From Lepidodermella squamata (lineage: Eukaryota; Animalia; Gastrotricha), in NCBI GenBank assembly GCA_047495785.1, contig JBLDXI010000074.1, positions 1,178,001 to 1,242,000 of the forward strand: a stretch of 64,000 nucleotides of DNA, written 5' to 3'. The notes beneath the pieces are model-generated. The model was not told the origin of the DNA. It did not search any database and worked only from the letters and a program-made list of their open reading frames with translations. The position numbers and the translations under genes are program-made. Within the stretch, counting starts at the first letter, position 1, and each line of letters starts with the position of its first letter. This document shows, in pieces, positions 23,515 to 41,677 of this stretch.

Positions 23515-25583
23515 TCTCCGCGAAGAAAGACAGCCAGATCTGAATTTGCGCGTACTTGAATGTTACGAGCTTCGAAAGAGAATAATGCATTGTTCGGAGT
23601 TTTATTTCACTTCATCATTTCAGCTTCCTTTAATGATCAGTGAATCCTCAATACTGCGTTATTGGTCGGTTTTTATGTATTGTATTTTCAATAAAGGCTC
23701 ATTTCCGGGCTTACAAATAGTTGCCGCTACTTCCCGTTTCGCATCTTCATGTTTTGCGTCAGCTAAGAAACCACGTCTGATGGTACCTTATTGAAAGACA
23801 CAGGCATGATAAATAAAAACAATTCTAGAGCCAACATGGTGCATTTGTGTGTCATAAACCCAGCACTCGCTTTGCTCCCTCAAAGAGTAGCCGCGCCGGG
23901 CCAGTCTAATGCGTTCGCGCGAAAAAATAAAATATTACCTCAGCAGCTACGACGCCTTAATTTCCTTTCGATTTTTTCTCAATTCTCATTCGGCAAATTG
24001 CAGGTGTTAATTTTAATTAGGCAAGGTGTTTTACATAAAAATCGTGGCGGATTATGTTAACACGGCCTCTACATTGTTGAACATTAGCCGGTCACGCGGC
24101 GTTAAACCACAGCGGCGTACTTGAGATTTGTTTATAAGCTATTAGCTATTAGCATTAGTTTTTTTATTAGCCGCTCCCTTAACAAGCGAGCAGATAGGCG
24201 ACAAGTGAAAAAACTCACTCGAGAAGATAAATGCATGCGCTTGAAAAAAAAGTGGCAGCAATTTGATACTATGATGGCCACCCAACAATTACACGCATGA
24301 AAAGGTGAGCTCAGTGATGCCGCCCTTATATACATAAACACCTCTAGTTATTACGCGTTGTATTCACGTCTCTTATAATCAAAAATATTGGCGTCATCAT
24401 TAAACGCGCTTTTTGTGCAGCAACGAGAACTGGCGCCTTTGAAGAATTTGGCGTACCGTAAAATTACGCCCCGCTGAAGAGCGAAATTATCTTAACTGAG
24501 ATCCGCATCGCAAAAATGTCCTGGCTTCGTCGCCACTCGAATTTTCTGTGCCAACTTTCATCAGTTCAAAGTTGTTTTGTTTATTTAAATATTTGTATGC
24601 ATAAAGTAATGTTATTGTTGTATGTCAACTTTTCTGTTAATTTTTATGCCGCAAGCTTTTGTTGTGGATTGCACCTGCTGAGTACTCTACGTCTCTTTCA
24701 GCCACTTGTTGTGAACGTTCTGATATATTTTGGAACATTTTGCTTTTGCTATACGCGGTGGATATTTTTTCATACGTAATTAGGCGTCCAGCTCTAGAAA
24801 GATTGTCGCTTTTATACTTATTCCGGATGAAACACGAGTTCTACGTGGTTTCTCTAAATTCCCAAGATTTCCCTCTATCTATGTATCTTCTACACTATCT
24901 ATGAAGAAAGATAGAATGACCTCTGACGTTGAGGGCGCTAAAAAATCATCGCCAAGGGTGTTAGATCTAATCCCATGCCACGCTGCTCAACTTTAAACTA
25001 GAATATCAGCTGCATTTTTGAACCTCTCGTTTCAATAGAAGCATGAGTATCAGAGCTATTGAAAATTGCATCGCACTTGTGTTAATAATGTTATTGAGCA
25101 TTGAGCATTCCAATGTCTCCTGAACACGAAAAAATAGTATTAAGCTAGAATCTAGAACAGCGTCATTCATTATTAATATGCAATCAACATTTGACTTTCT
25201 ATGAGGGCTTTCGCGAAGTATAAAATTGAAATATCCGCAGAAACCTTTCTTTCTTTAGAGCAAACAAATTCCTTCTCGATTTCCTCACTATTTTTTCAAA
25301 TTTTGCGCATTAAAAGTTTCGAATTTTTAATTTTAACTCTGGTTCCCCCGAGTTGGTCCTGTGGTTTATCCCCTCGACCTAAGGGTCCCCTTGTGCTTTT
25401 TCGAGCTTGCATTCGGGGATTAAATATGTATTTGCTCCATTTTAGCTCAACCTCGGCTGAATAAAATGGAATTAGGGGTTAGGGAATTGAGCTGACAACA
25501 AGCTCGTAGCGAGCCAACTAACAGATATATCTTGTATGTATTCGCAATGATTTGTTTAATAGATTTCTATTTCATGTGAAAAG

Positions 25584-26306
25584 ATGAAGCTACATTTTGT
25601 ATTTGTTCAATTTTTCTGCCTTGCAATCGGATCTTCTGCCGATGTAAGTTTTGAAAATCTCCCTATTTTGAATATTAACACAATTCAATTCTTCGTTGTT
25701 CAGGATCAGCAATTCCTCCGCTACCTCATGCCTCCAAATGCAAACCAAAGATACGCCGAAAATCCGACGGTCTACCTCGCACCAGCTCCTTACAATAACC
25801 AACCTGTTTACAAAACCCCCATTCAGTATGTCAATGAGCAGCCTGCTGCCGTCTACAACAACAACGAGCAGCCCTATGTGACTCTACGCCAAGCCATCCC
25901 GCGGCCTGCCTACACGCAAAACCAAGGCCTAATTCTCCAGCCCAATCCTAACTATCAAAACCAGCCACTCATTAACGGCGCCGCTTCGTCCTATTGGCAA
26001 AATGTGGTTAAGAACAGTAGGGTTGGATCCGCTGGACACGCTTACCAGCCCCAGGCACCGATTGTCGACCTCAGGCAATGGCAGCCGGCTGATTCTCCGG
26101 CGGAAACTCCGGATTCACCTCAATTTCCATCGCTACCTCAAGCTCCAATCATGCTACCTCCTGCAGCTGGGAACACTCTGCATTACGTGAATGATGACTT
26201 CAGACGTGCAAGTGCTGCAGCTCAGTCGAGACCTCAAAACCAGGGTGGTTACTACGCCAGGCCGCTCCAGAACCCTGGCTATCAACAATGGGGCAACAGG
26301 TGGTAG
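25584..26306 (+). CDS. Secreted Q/P/N/Y/A-rich low-complexity protein
   Basis: Exons 25584-25643 and 25704-26306 (60-nt in-frame GTAAGT..CAG intron). Signal MKLHFVFVQFFCLAIGSSA. Mature region has no Cys and is rich in Tyr, Gln and Pro. Confidence 0.8.
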   Translation: MKLHFVFVQFFCLAIGSSADVSFENLPILNINTIQFFVVQDQQFLRYLMPPNANQRYAENPTVYLAPAPYNNQPVYKTPIQYVNEQPAAVYNNNEQPYVTLRQAIPRPAYTQNQGLILQPNPNYQNQPLINGAASSYWQNVVKNSRVGSAGHAYQPQAPIVDLRQWQPADSPAETPDSPQFPSLPQAPIMLPPAAGNTLHYVNDDFRRASAAAQSRPQNQGGYYARPLQNPGYQQWGNRW

Positions 26307-26700
26307 AGACTATTAGGTTCGAGTGATTAGACTGGTCATGATAGATGAACGTTTAGTTTTAGATGATGTGTCTGCATATATTCAACGAGAAATCGTAGTT
26401 TTACCCTGTGTTGATCACTTTTAGCAGATCTCCTACGCTAGAAGTGAAGTTTACGTGTTAGAAGCGAGATGTTACTTGTAACATATATTCTTGTTATGAA
26501 ATGTGAATTTTTCGAATTTGGAACAGTCTCTGCTTCCCTATGATGAGCAACATTTATTGGCACGAATAAAAGATCGATATTTGGCCTCTTATTTGACTGT
26601 GTTGTTAACTTTAGGGCTGATTCTTAGGAAACGGACAATCGCGGGACCCCATCGTGGCAAGAAGTGCCTGGGCCGGCGTGGTCCAAATGGGCCCACGTGG

Positions 26701-27240
26701 TACCGTATTGTATGGAATAGTATCCTACTTTAAATAATAACCCCCTCGAAATATAGCCCTAAAAATTACGTGAAAGTCACTGGGATTAAAGATTAAAAAT
26801 AGCTCGCCTCGAATAATAGCCATCATCAAAGCTGTCATCAAAGCTTTAGATTTTCATCATCATTCGAATTTTTTCTCTTGCTACTCGGCTGCTTTCAAGC
26901 TGCAGGTGGTCCATGGGCGAAAGAAATAAACAACGCTGATGCGGCACGCGGCTACAGCGTGCTTAGGCAGCAGGCCCGATTGCGAAACGACGAGGCTAAG
27001 CTGCTGTCGTCGCCGAAAAGGATTGAAGGTGGTGGACGAAAGCCGCCGTTCGCTGTTATCGAGGAGAAGTTTGTCACGTGGGTTGGGATGCAGAGAAGCT
27101 ATAATCGCAAAAGACGATTAACACTCAGGTAAATGTAATTAAATGCAACTGAAATTACGTCTTTAGTGTGGTACTGATTCGCCATTCAGGGTTGGTTAGT
27201 TCAGGATCGCTTTCGGTACGGCTGCATTGTCCGAAATTTT
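26701..27240 (+). mobile_element. Decayed pogo/Tigger-type DNA transposon (left end plus N-terminal transposase relic)
   Basis: TACCGTA terminus with ctcgaa..tagcc subterminal motifs. Relic peptide AARGYSV..QQAR..GGGRKP..IEEKFVTWV..QR, followed by GWL, resembles the HTH / CENP-B-type DNA-binding region of pogo transposases. Confidence 0.65.
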
Positions 27241-27571
27241 TGCAACCGGCTGATTTTTCCTGAAACAAATACTAATAACAACATTGCAAATACCTCGCCT
27301 GATTAGATTCGAGAAGATTTTTCCGATTTGAGAAACAATTCTCCATAACAGTTCGATTGTTCAACCTGGCAGACCTTCGGAAGCGGTGCTTTTCGGCTTC
27401 TGAAAAGAATGAGCTCGCTTGTCATGCCGCCAGGAGAAGTTAAGCGAGTTTGCCAGTGAGTTTGACTTTCATCAGGAAAATATTTAAGCGAATGACTAAA
27501 TTACGGCGACGCTGATCATTGCCGCTTCGGAATTGACAATTGCCTGCTTTGAATAAAAGCCCTCGCAAATA

Positions 27572-27844
27572 AAATAATAATAATAATGGCTTTATTTATA
27601 CTCCTTACGACTAAACGTCTCTAACGGTTTCCCGTTTTGAAGGAGTGGGCATTTTACTGCCTAACACAGACACACAGGGAATCATGCGCACACATAGGCT
27701 TTGCATGTCCAGGTCTGGGAGCTGAGGCGAAGCGACTTGCTCAAGGCCACAACACTTTTTGGTGTTGCTGTGTGGGCAGCTGGAATCGAACGCACGACCT
27801 TCATGATGATGAGGGGGCGCTCGATCCACTGCGCCACTGTGTTC
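27572..27844 (-). mobile_element. tRNA-derived SINE, full length
   Basis: On the minus strand: A box TGGCGCAGTGG, B box GTTCGATTCC, body gtggccttgagcaag and tail tataaataaagcc(att)n. 12-bp TSD ccctcgcaaata at 27560-27571 and 27845-27856. Confidence 0.88.
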
Positions 27845-28284
27845 CCCTCGCAAATAGTTGCCCATAATTATATTTTCGAGTTCGGAAAAAATAACAGAAT
27901 AGGTATTCCATATATTATAGCGTTATTTTGTTTCCCGATCACATTCTGGAATATTCGGTATTCGGATCGCAGTTTGATGAAGGTTTTTCCTGATCGGCAT
28001 CACATTTTAGTCGAATGCTCCATTGGGTTAGAAAGCTGAATTCGGCCATTATCAGCACATTTTAACGAAAATTCGACTCTCTGACATCGGCTCTTATCGG
28101 ATCAAATACAAACGACACGAAATTTACGATAAAATGCATCGTCAAGAACCAAAAAAACCAAATTTGTATATTCAGCGGACACGAATAAAATAGAAAACAA
28201 AATGATTAAACTTTCGAGGAGATTACCTTCGCCATCCCTACGGCTAATGCATAAAAATTTTCGCAATTTTATTTCTCTCTTGAA

Positions 28285-29609
28285 TCAATATAAAACAGCT
28301 GACATCATGAAAATCACCATCATTATTAACAATGTTCTGCTTGTATGTTTTGAGCTCGCCGCTGAAGATTCCTCGTAATCTGAAGGCGTCGTCCTTCGCC
28401 GAGAGGATGCCAGTGTAGTTCTGACTTTGTAAGGCCGAAATGTTACCGTCGAGGTACTCGACATTTGCCTCCGATTTCCTGATTGAGTATTAGGCGGAGT
28501 TGGTCTTGGCGTAGTCGTTTTTGGGCGATAATTTGCAAATGCAAGCATCACGAGATCGATGTCATCTCCTGATGGCATCAAACAAGTCTTACTGCCACTA
28601 GAACCCTTTTGGGCGTGGTTCAGCGATTCAACAAAGAATTGAGCCGCAGCCCTGGCAATAGTCGCGTTCTTGACCGCGCCGTTGAAACCGCATTTTTGCG
28701 TCAACTGATGCGTTTTACAGCCGACGTAGGCTCTAAATTTGGCGCATTCATCCGTGTCCATGTCGTCGGTGATATTGGCATTGCGGAAGTCGAAATCAAT
28801 GACTCGGGCGTATTTAACGCAATCTGCGTAAAAAGTGGCTTCTTCATCTGGGGTTCGGATGTCTTTAACGCAGTTGTAGTACGAAACGAGGGCGAAGGCG
28901 CCTTCTTGGTAGCAGATGTATGAAAATTGATCGATCCAAATCGATAAGCCGTATTCTCTGTTTGAGCAAAACAAGAAATGTTATGAAAAGGCCCCGTAGG
29001 AAGCAGGAACGGCAACTTTAATAAACATGTTCAGCATTAACTTAGGGATTGGCAACTGAATCATGGTTACCACTCGCGATGATAACAATTTTTTTGAATT
29101 AGTAAATCGAGTTTTTGAGTAGGTAATAGTTATGAATAACGTGGAGTGATAACTTACTCGTATGCCCCTGCGCATTGGCCGTTGTAGCTTTCCAAGCAGC
29201 GTTGAGTATCGCGGAACAGCGGGCAGGAAGTCTGCAACTCGCGCCGAACCGCATCTGAATTCCAATCATCGCCCTTGGCCTTCAACAAATCCAAAATTCT
29301 AGACTCCTGGTTACAGCCCTCGCGATTTGCTCGACCATTCGTAATCACGCGCGGGGTGTTGGCAGTAAAGCCACAAAGCTGGCGAGAATTGCCGTTATCG
29401 CGCCCGAAACACTCGGCAAAAACTGTAGATTGGCAGTAGGCCCATTTAGGAGTTGTTGTTGATCTGGAGGGAGCTCGGTAAGTTATATCAGGAAATGTGA
29501 AACCGTCATCGGGAGGCATTGTCGGTGTGGTTATAACTGAGTCCACCGTATCTCCAATGACCTTGGCAAATGTCGTAGCTATCCATAGCGAGGTTGATAG
29601 CCAAACCAT
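28285..29609 (-). CDS. Cys-rich helical extracellular protein with S/T/P stalk and probable GPI signal (DUF19-like)
   Basis: Exons 29609-29158 and 28957-28285 (phase-2 intron). N-terminal signal-like MVWLSTSLWIATTFAKVIG, many spaced Cys, and C-terminal SSAASS..LLIMMVIFMMSAVLY with no cytoplasmic tail. The family call is tentative. Confidence 0.75.
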
Positions 29610-30340
29610 ATCTCTTGAAAATCAACAGCAAATAGAACGCATTTTCAGATTTTTTGAAAAATTTAGTTTCCTAAAAATTGCGAGCACCATGAAAAGGTAT
29701 CCAGGTAATACTTAGGCTCGCAGTTTGCAAAATGCAAAATGAAATATGGTATCGGATTAACAGCTGACACGGGTTCTAGTTAAATGCGCAAACACGCGAG
29801 CGGACGCAGATTAATTGCCGTAGTCACCGTTTTTGACATTCATTTCGCGCACGCACTCATGGTTGTAGTTTTTTGTGTTTTTGTGTGAAAGCATGACTGT
29901 GAGCGTATTTTATTCACGCGTCTATGTTTCAGCAGGCGCAACGCGAACAACAATGCGCTACAATTTTTTCGTATGCGCGTATTGCTGTTACAGAGTTACA
30001 GCTACAGCGTAGCCTGAGAAAGTTGCCGACGCCCGCACGACACGAGCTGCTGGAAGAGGTGGGATGCTGCCGTTTATATAGTATAAAACATTCCCACTGC
30101 CTAATTCTGAATGGCGATTTGTGTAAAGAAGTAGAAGTAGAAGTAGAAGATGAACGAGTTCCGGTTGCGACCGCAAGTATTCAGCTTTGTACGGGTAATT
30201 TCGTATCACGGCTGATGTTCGGCCCTTCTATACAATTTGAGGCGTTATAAGTTAAATTATAGCCTTCTCGAATTTGCGTTTATTTGGCCGTTCAAATTTC
30301 AAGAAATCATGTGTTATAAGAGACTAGATTCAGCGTAACT

Positions 30341-35115
<4,775 letters not shown>

Positions 35116-35533
35116 TGATTGATTTTTGAATGTGGCGTGGCTCTATGACTGCATGAAAGGATAGCTACTATGCCGGCTTATCTATTACAGTATAGTGTTT
35201 CGTAAAGATAAGCTTGAAGTGTAAATAGGAAGCTGTTACATTGACGTTATAAAGCATAGGGTGAGATAAGAGATCAACATTTGACCTATTTTAGCTATTT
35301 AAAGATATAAAACGTTGCGAATTCTCCAAGACTGTCCAGGACTAGGTCATTTTCGATATTTATAACTGAATGCAATGTCTGGATGTAATGAATCACAAAA
35401 AATTACAATTTTTATTCAATTTCACGCACAACATAAGAAACAACAGGTACTATCAGCTTTGGATGTTCGAAAAATTGTCGCATTGTGAAGTAATGGCCCA
35501 ACTCTGTTATTGCATTTTTTAATATCTATTTTT

Positions 35534-38500
35534 TTAGAATTTTCTATCCAAATCGAAGTCGTTGTTAACTGTGATTACAAAATTATGTAATTAGTTTATT
35601 TGAATAGTTTAATTTATCTTACTTTCATTTGAGCTGATCTCGATAGGTCTACTTTGTGACTGCCTATTGCTGCGATCAGGTGGCTTGGATTCGATAAATC
35701 TCTGAAAAAAAATCGCTGTCCAGAAAATAGTCAGACAATAAGAAGAAAGGGAATTACGGAGTGGTCTCTAGGTCGGTTTTCGCACGTGTCGTAGCGGGTG
35801 TCGTATAATTTCGACATGCAACACCTATAATTGCCGTAGCCAGCTCTCGCGACCATATAAGTTTTATTCTAAAAATAAAATAAAAATTGATGAAAAATTA
35901 GGGTAGCTAAAAATTTATATTAATGTGCTGAAAATATCATGTAATATAGAAAAAAAAATAATTTTTTAAATAATTCAATTTGAAATTTGAATTTTGAAAT
36001 TTGTCATTTGAAAGTTTGAAAACCAATTTTAAATTATGAAAAAATATCGATAAAAAATTGGAATTTCAATTAATAAATTACCAAGCATCTCAGGGTTATT
36101 GTTTCACCTTCCTCCTCCTCTTCCTCATCTGCCTCTTCAGATTCCGGTTTCGGTGTTTTCGTCCTCGCCGGCAGCCTAGTTGTTGATCTGCTGGCAGCGG
36201 GTTTCTTCAACTGCGACTGGGATGGTTGCTGATGGCTGATTTTTCCATGATCCTGTTCCTGCTGGCGATAGGACTGCAGCAGATGTTGGTACAGCAACTG
36301 CTGCAGGTATCTTTCATCATTCTCTGGCACAGATGATTGCGATTTTGAAGATTGCAATACCGCTCCTAGTTGCGACGAAGAGTCGCCCTGAGAAGGCTGT
36401 TCTTGAATTGCTGGAGCCTTTTTAGGGCCCGATGAAATGTTTCGAAGTGGCACGACGCGTTGCTCGCGAATCAGCTGGATGATTTGGCCCTCGGGTGTTT
36501 GAATTCGGGTCTGAACCAGACCGGCCGGGTCTTCATCGAATTTTTTGTTAGCGGGCCGTTTTGTACTCTGGTGAACCATGATCACCGGCTTTCCGCTTCC
36601 TCCGCTTGAAAACTATCAAAAATATCCAACATCAAAACATATTTCCCAACTCAAGAATTTAAGAATTCAAAATTTAATCCATTGAAACGGAATGGAAAAT
36701 TTTCCATGAATTTTACATTTTTGCATCTTTGGCTGAAAAATTGGCAGTTGAACACAAGAAATTGAAAGGCTAATGCTTAATTTATATCGCCAAAATCATG
36801 ATTTTATACTCGAATTTTTCAAGAAATATCGAAGGGCCAATATCTTCATCCAGATTTAAATTTGATCCTCCCTATAATTCGATCAATCAAATAAAATTTG
36901 AAAAAAAAACGAAAAATATTGAAATATGCTTTGACGGGCTCGTATTCGAAACTTGGCACCAAATAGAACCACAAGAAGCATAGCTTTTCGAAGAATTTTT
37001 CCTATCCCTGCTGAAAAAACGAGGATAATTGGATTTTTTTGGATGAATCATAAAATTTCCAAAAAACATGGAAAAGCATTTGCGGGCGAATTAGATTGTT
37101 CGGTGTTCGAAATGTGGTTCGGCTAAGAGAAAGAGACCCTAAAAATAGATGGATATATTTACCGAAAATTCCGGCGGCTTGAGGAACTGCAGTTTTTCCT
37201 CCGGCGATTGGTCATCCGGCGAGACGATGATAGTCGGCGCATTATTCTCCCGAGACGCCTCATCCGGCAAATTATTGTCCACCGGCCTCAGCATCGACGC
37301 GCCCCCGCCCCGGTTCAGCAGCGTCAGAAAATCTTTCAGCGACAGCGTATCACCTACAACAGGGCTCAACGCAGGTGCTGACGACGTTTTTGCCTCCAAA
37401 ACCGGCCGAGTGGTTAGCAGGTTGAATCTAGGCTGCGTCGCCGCAGGTTTTTGCTGCTTGAAAAACTCTAAAATCTCCGACATTTCCGCGCTGTTGCTGC
37501 CCTCGGGTAATAACCGGGTCGGTTCCAGCGTGGTACTGGTCCTGGAAATCAACGGCCGCCGGGTCGTAATCGGAATCAGCCGTCGCCTTCGTGTTGTCGT
37601 CGTAGTCGCCTCCTCAGTTGTAGTCGCCCAGTAATTTTGGTCATTCTCATCCTCGCTGATTGTCACGAAAAACGGATCCACCGTGGTACCGGGCGTTGTA
37701 GTCGCGCGGCCTCGGATGCGGTTGGGGCAGTCGAAAAATCGCGGGTCGTAAACAGCCTGGCCGCAGCATTCAAGGTGAGGCGAGATCGCCCGAACCTTCG
37801 CCAGGTCAACGTCGCCGCAATACCGGCTTTGGCTCTGTGCCAAGTGAGGCGTGGACGCCGACCGTGACGCAGCCGGGGCCGTGGGTATGACAGGTATCCG
37901 ATTCAGCGTGTTTCCTTGGTTTTCTTGGCGCTGTTTCAGCGGCGTTTGGTCTTCTGGCATTCCTGAGAGTCGGAAGTTGAGCGTCGCCCATACTGACGGG
38001 GCGACGTTGGCGAGGTCGGCGGGGGTGGTGGTCAGGGGGAGGGCGGTGGTGCGGCTTGTTGATGAGTACGTTGTCGCACACACTCGGCCGTTGCAGCAGG
38101 TGTAAAGAAAATTTGGATCTATGAAAATAAGAAAATAAGTCAATGATTTTGGAACCGAATTGAAAACCACAACACGAAGATAATTTTGAAAAATTGAGAA
38201 AATCAGAAAATTTCATTTTGACCGGAACCAAATTTAAATAATATTCATTGTTTCAGAAAAAATCCAACATGTAAATAAGTTTAAAACAAATTTCTATATT
38301 TCTAAATTATTTCAAATTTTAATTCCGAAATCCCAACAGGATGACTACAACCCCAGGATGCCTAAAAGTTATACCACCACCGCTTCGAGAATTCGTATAG
38401 ACTTGTAATCTTAGGACTATCGCCAGACTGCGATTGTCATCAGAAATTCCGTTCAAGTATGAATTTTTCTCCATCTTAGTGCATAAAGCTGCATTTGGAT

Positions 38501-39425
38501 AGGTATATCTCGTCGGTCTTTGAATCAATCCATAAATTTCTTCAAGCGAATTTGGAAACTTCGAGGTTCAGCTTAGGGGCTTTAGAGGATTCCCAAGTTC
38601 CGTTAAATGTGAGGTTTGTCAAAAAAAGATTTACCAAAGTTCCTGACACAAAGATCCGATGGAAATGGAAGCTGGAATTTCATTAGAAATCAAGGAAAGG
38701 AATTTTGACGAATTTTCAAATGGGTCCTCCTGTTAGCAGAACCAAATTTACCGTGAGCGGAACCAAATATGCTGTAGCGGAACCAAATTTTATACTTTTC
38801 TAGTGGCCTGAAATCGCTTTTCTAATATTTATTGCAGGTCAATATTGGCCACAATAATTCTAGAAAATTCACCGGTGAATTCAGCGTAACATTCTCTATC
38901 ACTGATTGTTTAATTCAGAATTCATGCTTTGCCTAAAATTCGTATAATTATCCCAACAACGACTCTTGGCATATTTCGACTTTGGTTCCGATAAAGCAAA
39001 TTTGGTTCCGCTTACCGTAAATTTGGCTCCGCTAAAAGATATTCCGTTTTCAAATCCTGATTTCCTAATTATTTCCTATTATTTCCTAATTTCCTAAGCT
39101 GATATAGCGGAAAATTCCAAGCAGCCCAACGATTTTTTCCCACATTCCTGGAAAAAGCTATCACTTACCATAGTACATATTTCCACCGCAGCAGAACTGA
39201 TATCGCATAGTTGGCCGTATGCCAACGCATAAGGCATCTACATCGACTGAAATTCAAGAATAAAAAGCTCGTAATTCAATTCGGAATTAAAAAATGGCCG
39301 ACATTACATGAATTTGTCGCTAAAATACGCGATAAATTTTGCAGCGCCAGTAGCGTGAAGAGGCGCGCAATCGACGCAGTGAGGCGAGACGGCACGCCCA
39401 ATAAAGGCGGCGCATCGATGGCCAT
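35534..39425 (-). CDS. Large secreted double-Cys protein (modules A-B-C) with mucin-like Thr/Ser/Pro and Gln/Glu spacers
   Basis: Exons 39425-39308, 39246-39169, 38118-37163, 36612-36082, 35868-35758, 35701-35623 and 35568-35534. The last intron is uncertain; without it the stop falls at about 35609. Motifs CVGIRP..QFCCGGNMYY|DPNFLYTCCNGRVC, LECCGQAVYDPR and YRCCMSKLYDTRYDTC match the 10781 gene. Confidence 0.85.
38721..39045. mobile_element. Intronic MITE-like element with ggaaccaaat subrepeats
   Basis: Left end gggtcctcc..accaaatttaccgtgagcggaacc; inverted arm tttggttccgcttaccgtaaatttgg. A related end lies at 59130-59173. Confidence 0.55.
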
Positions 39426-41677
39426 TCGGCGGCGCCGCTTTGATGAAAGGTTAAACTTATCTACAAAGCAAAAAAGGATTAACAGTCTATTTTCAAGCCG
39501 AAATTTCAAAAGGTTTTGTCGCATTAAGAAAAAATGTGAAGACATTCTCACTGTATATCATTGTATTTTTGTTCCGGGCAGCTTTTCAACGGCGCAATTT
39601 CATCAGTAACCAAATGGACATGTGCGCTATTATAATATTGTGAGCGCGCAATAATTATGCGAAAAAAGTGTGCGCGCTTTGAAACAAAAAATGGCAATTA
39701 TCTTTTGAAGTGAGGCAATTTAAAGTTGTGAACACACTCTATAGGTGTCACGGGTGCCAAAACGGAACCGCTTTTTTCACCCGGCTGCAGCCAGTGCCTC
39801 GAAAATGCCAATCTCGAGTATTTGTTTGTTTATTCGCTGGTATCTAATCGCGGCTAAATAAAAAGATGTCCAACTCATGCCGCTCGGGGCGAAGATTAAT
39901 TTTTTCAACTTACACTCAAAAAAATTGAAAAATTTATTAGAGAAAATCAAAACATTTCAGCGTTGAAGCTAAACCTGCTTAGATTAAAGTTTTTCTTATT
40001 GATATAATTTAATTAGGCGTTGGCAATTTTGTTAATGAAATTTTTCGCATTCACGTAAATTTTCTATATTATTTATTTGAAATATAATGAAATTTACCTG
40101 AAGTTGCGTTATTTAACCGGTGAGATTATAAAGCGGCCCATCTTTAAGATCGCGAGCGCGCGCGCATGTATAATTAATAAGAGCAGAAAAATAATGATAT
40201 AATATTATTAGTGAAAAGTTTGAAAGCGGCCAAAAGTCGCATGGAAATAATTGCGTTATATTGGGCCTGAGCGTGTTAATGCGTATCAACAATGCGACTC
40301 GAGCATTGTTTACTGTCCTAACACGAGGCACAGCCTTGTTTGATGATAATAATAATAATAGTAATGATGGCAGGTTACTTGTCTTAGCTTTAGCTTGCAG
40401 CTTGAAAAGTTTTCATTATAGGTAAAAAGCTAATTCACATCATTTTTACGCCCATTAATTTTTCATGTGCGGTGGGGGTCAAATAAAGCGTAAAGATGTT
40501 TATCAAGATTATTAAAAACTAATATGCAATTCATTATCAAAAATTATTACTGCAGTTAGGATTATGCTGGCGATATTTTATAGTAATCATCACAAATTTG
40601 ATTTGAAGGAGACGTAGCGGTGTCGAGGAACGGCGTGGAAAGTGGCAGGCAGAGTTAACATTCCGCAGCCGCAATTTTTTAACACATGCCCCTGAACAAG
40701 ATTTCAAACCGAAGTTTAACAGCCGAATAAGAATTGAATTGAAGTGACCCCTTTGATCGGGATCATTATTATCATTTTCTAAAACATTCACCTGGCGTGT
40801 AAAGTTGGTATAACAGTGTCTCAAAAGTCGCGCAACTATTTTTTTCATTTAGCAACGTTTTCTAAGAAATTCAAATAATGTTTTCTAATTAAACATACCG
40901 ACAGAAGTTCAATCTTTTGTCCGCGATTTAACCGAAGAAATCACATATTTACCGGAGATAGCCCGGAAAATCTCGATGGTAAAACTAGTTCTGAAATAAT
41001 TACCGGGTTGGACCTCATTTCTCCGGACTTGTTATAGTCCCTATAACAAGTGACAATTCTCGTGATTTTTTTTATTTTTTTAAATAATTTTTGGCGATGA
41101 GTTGTGTCTCTCATTTTAATTAATTAACCTTTTCCGTGTAAATTTTTTGCTTAAATTATTTGCGACCCGCTATGTAGTAACCTAGGACGTGCTGCTCTAA
41201 TGCCCATGATAGTATTTTCTTTTTGAAGAATACCTTTGTTCATACTGTACGGGACAAGGTTACCTTCTCTTACATCGCTGAAAACTATGGGAAATATTGG
41301 GATGCGGACGGGATTCGAATCAATCCAAAAGTTTCCAGAAGCGTTTTAGTTTAGCAAAAGTCCTGATCGGTTTAATATTTTGTCAATATTTATTTGAATT
41401 TTTTCTTTCATATCCGTTTTTGAGAATAAATCACACATTTTACATTTTTGATACATTTACAGCATATCATTATCATGAAGCGCACTGTGAAAGGCAATGA
41501 ATTGGCGCATCCAACAATTTTTTACCGCAGTCAACGAGGTCAACCAATCAATCAACAATGAAAATAATTCATACGGGTCGAACATTTTACACGATACAAA
41601 TTTACATGATACAAAAGACGCGCGCGAATTAACAACAACAAAAATACTTGAAATTTCTGATTCGCGATCTATGAATT

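Noticed and set aside
24108-24476. Possible hAT-like element (CAGCGGCGTA..TACGCCCCGCTG)
   Set aside because: The TIR is short and imperfect and there is no TSD.
27770-27845. tRNA gene
   Set aside because: A and B boxes are present, but the sequence is the head of a SINE with a tail and TSD, and there is no convincing cloverleaf.
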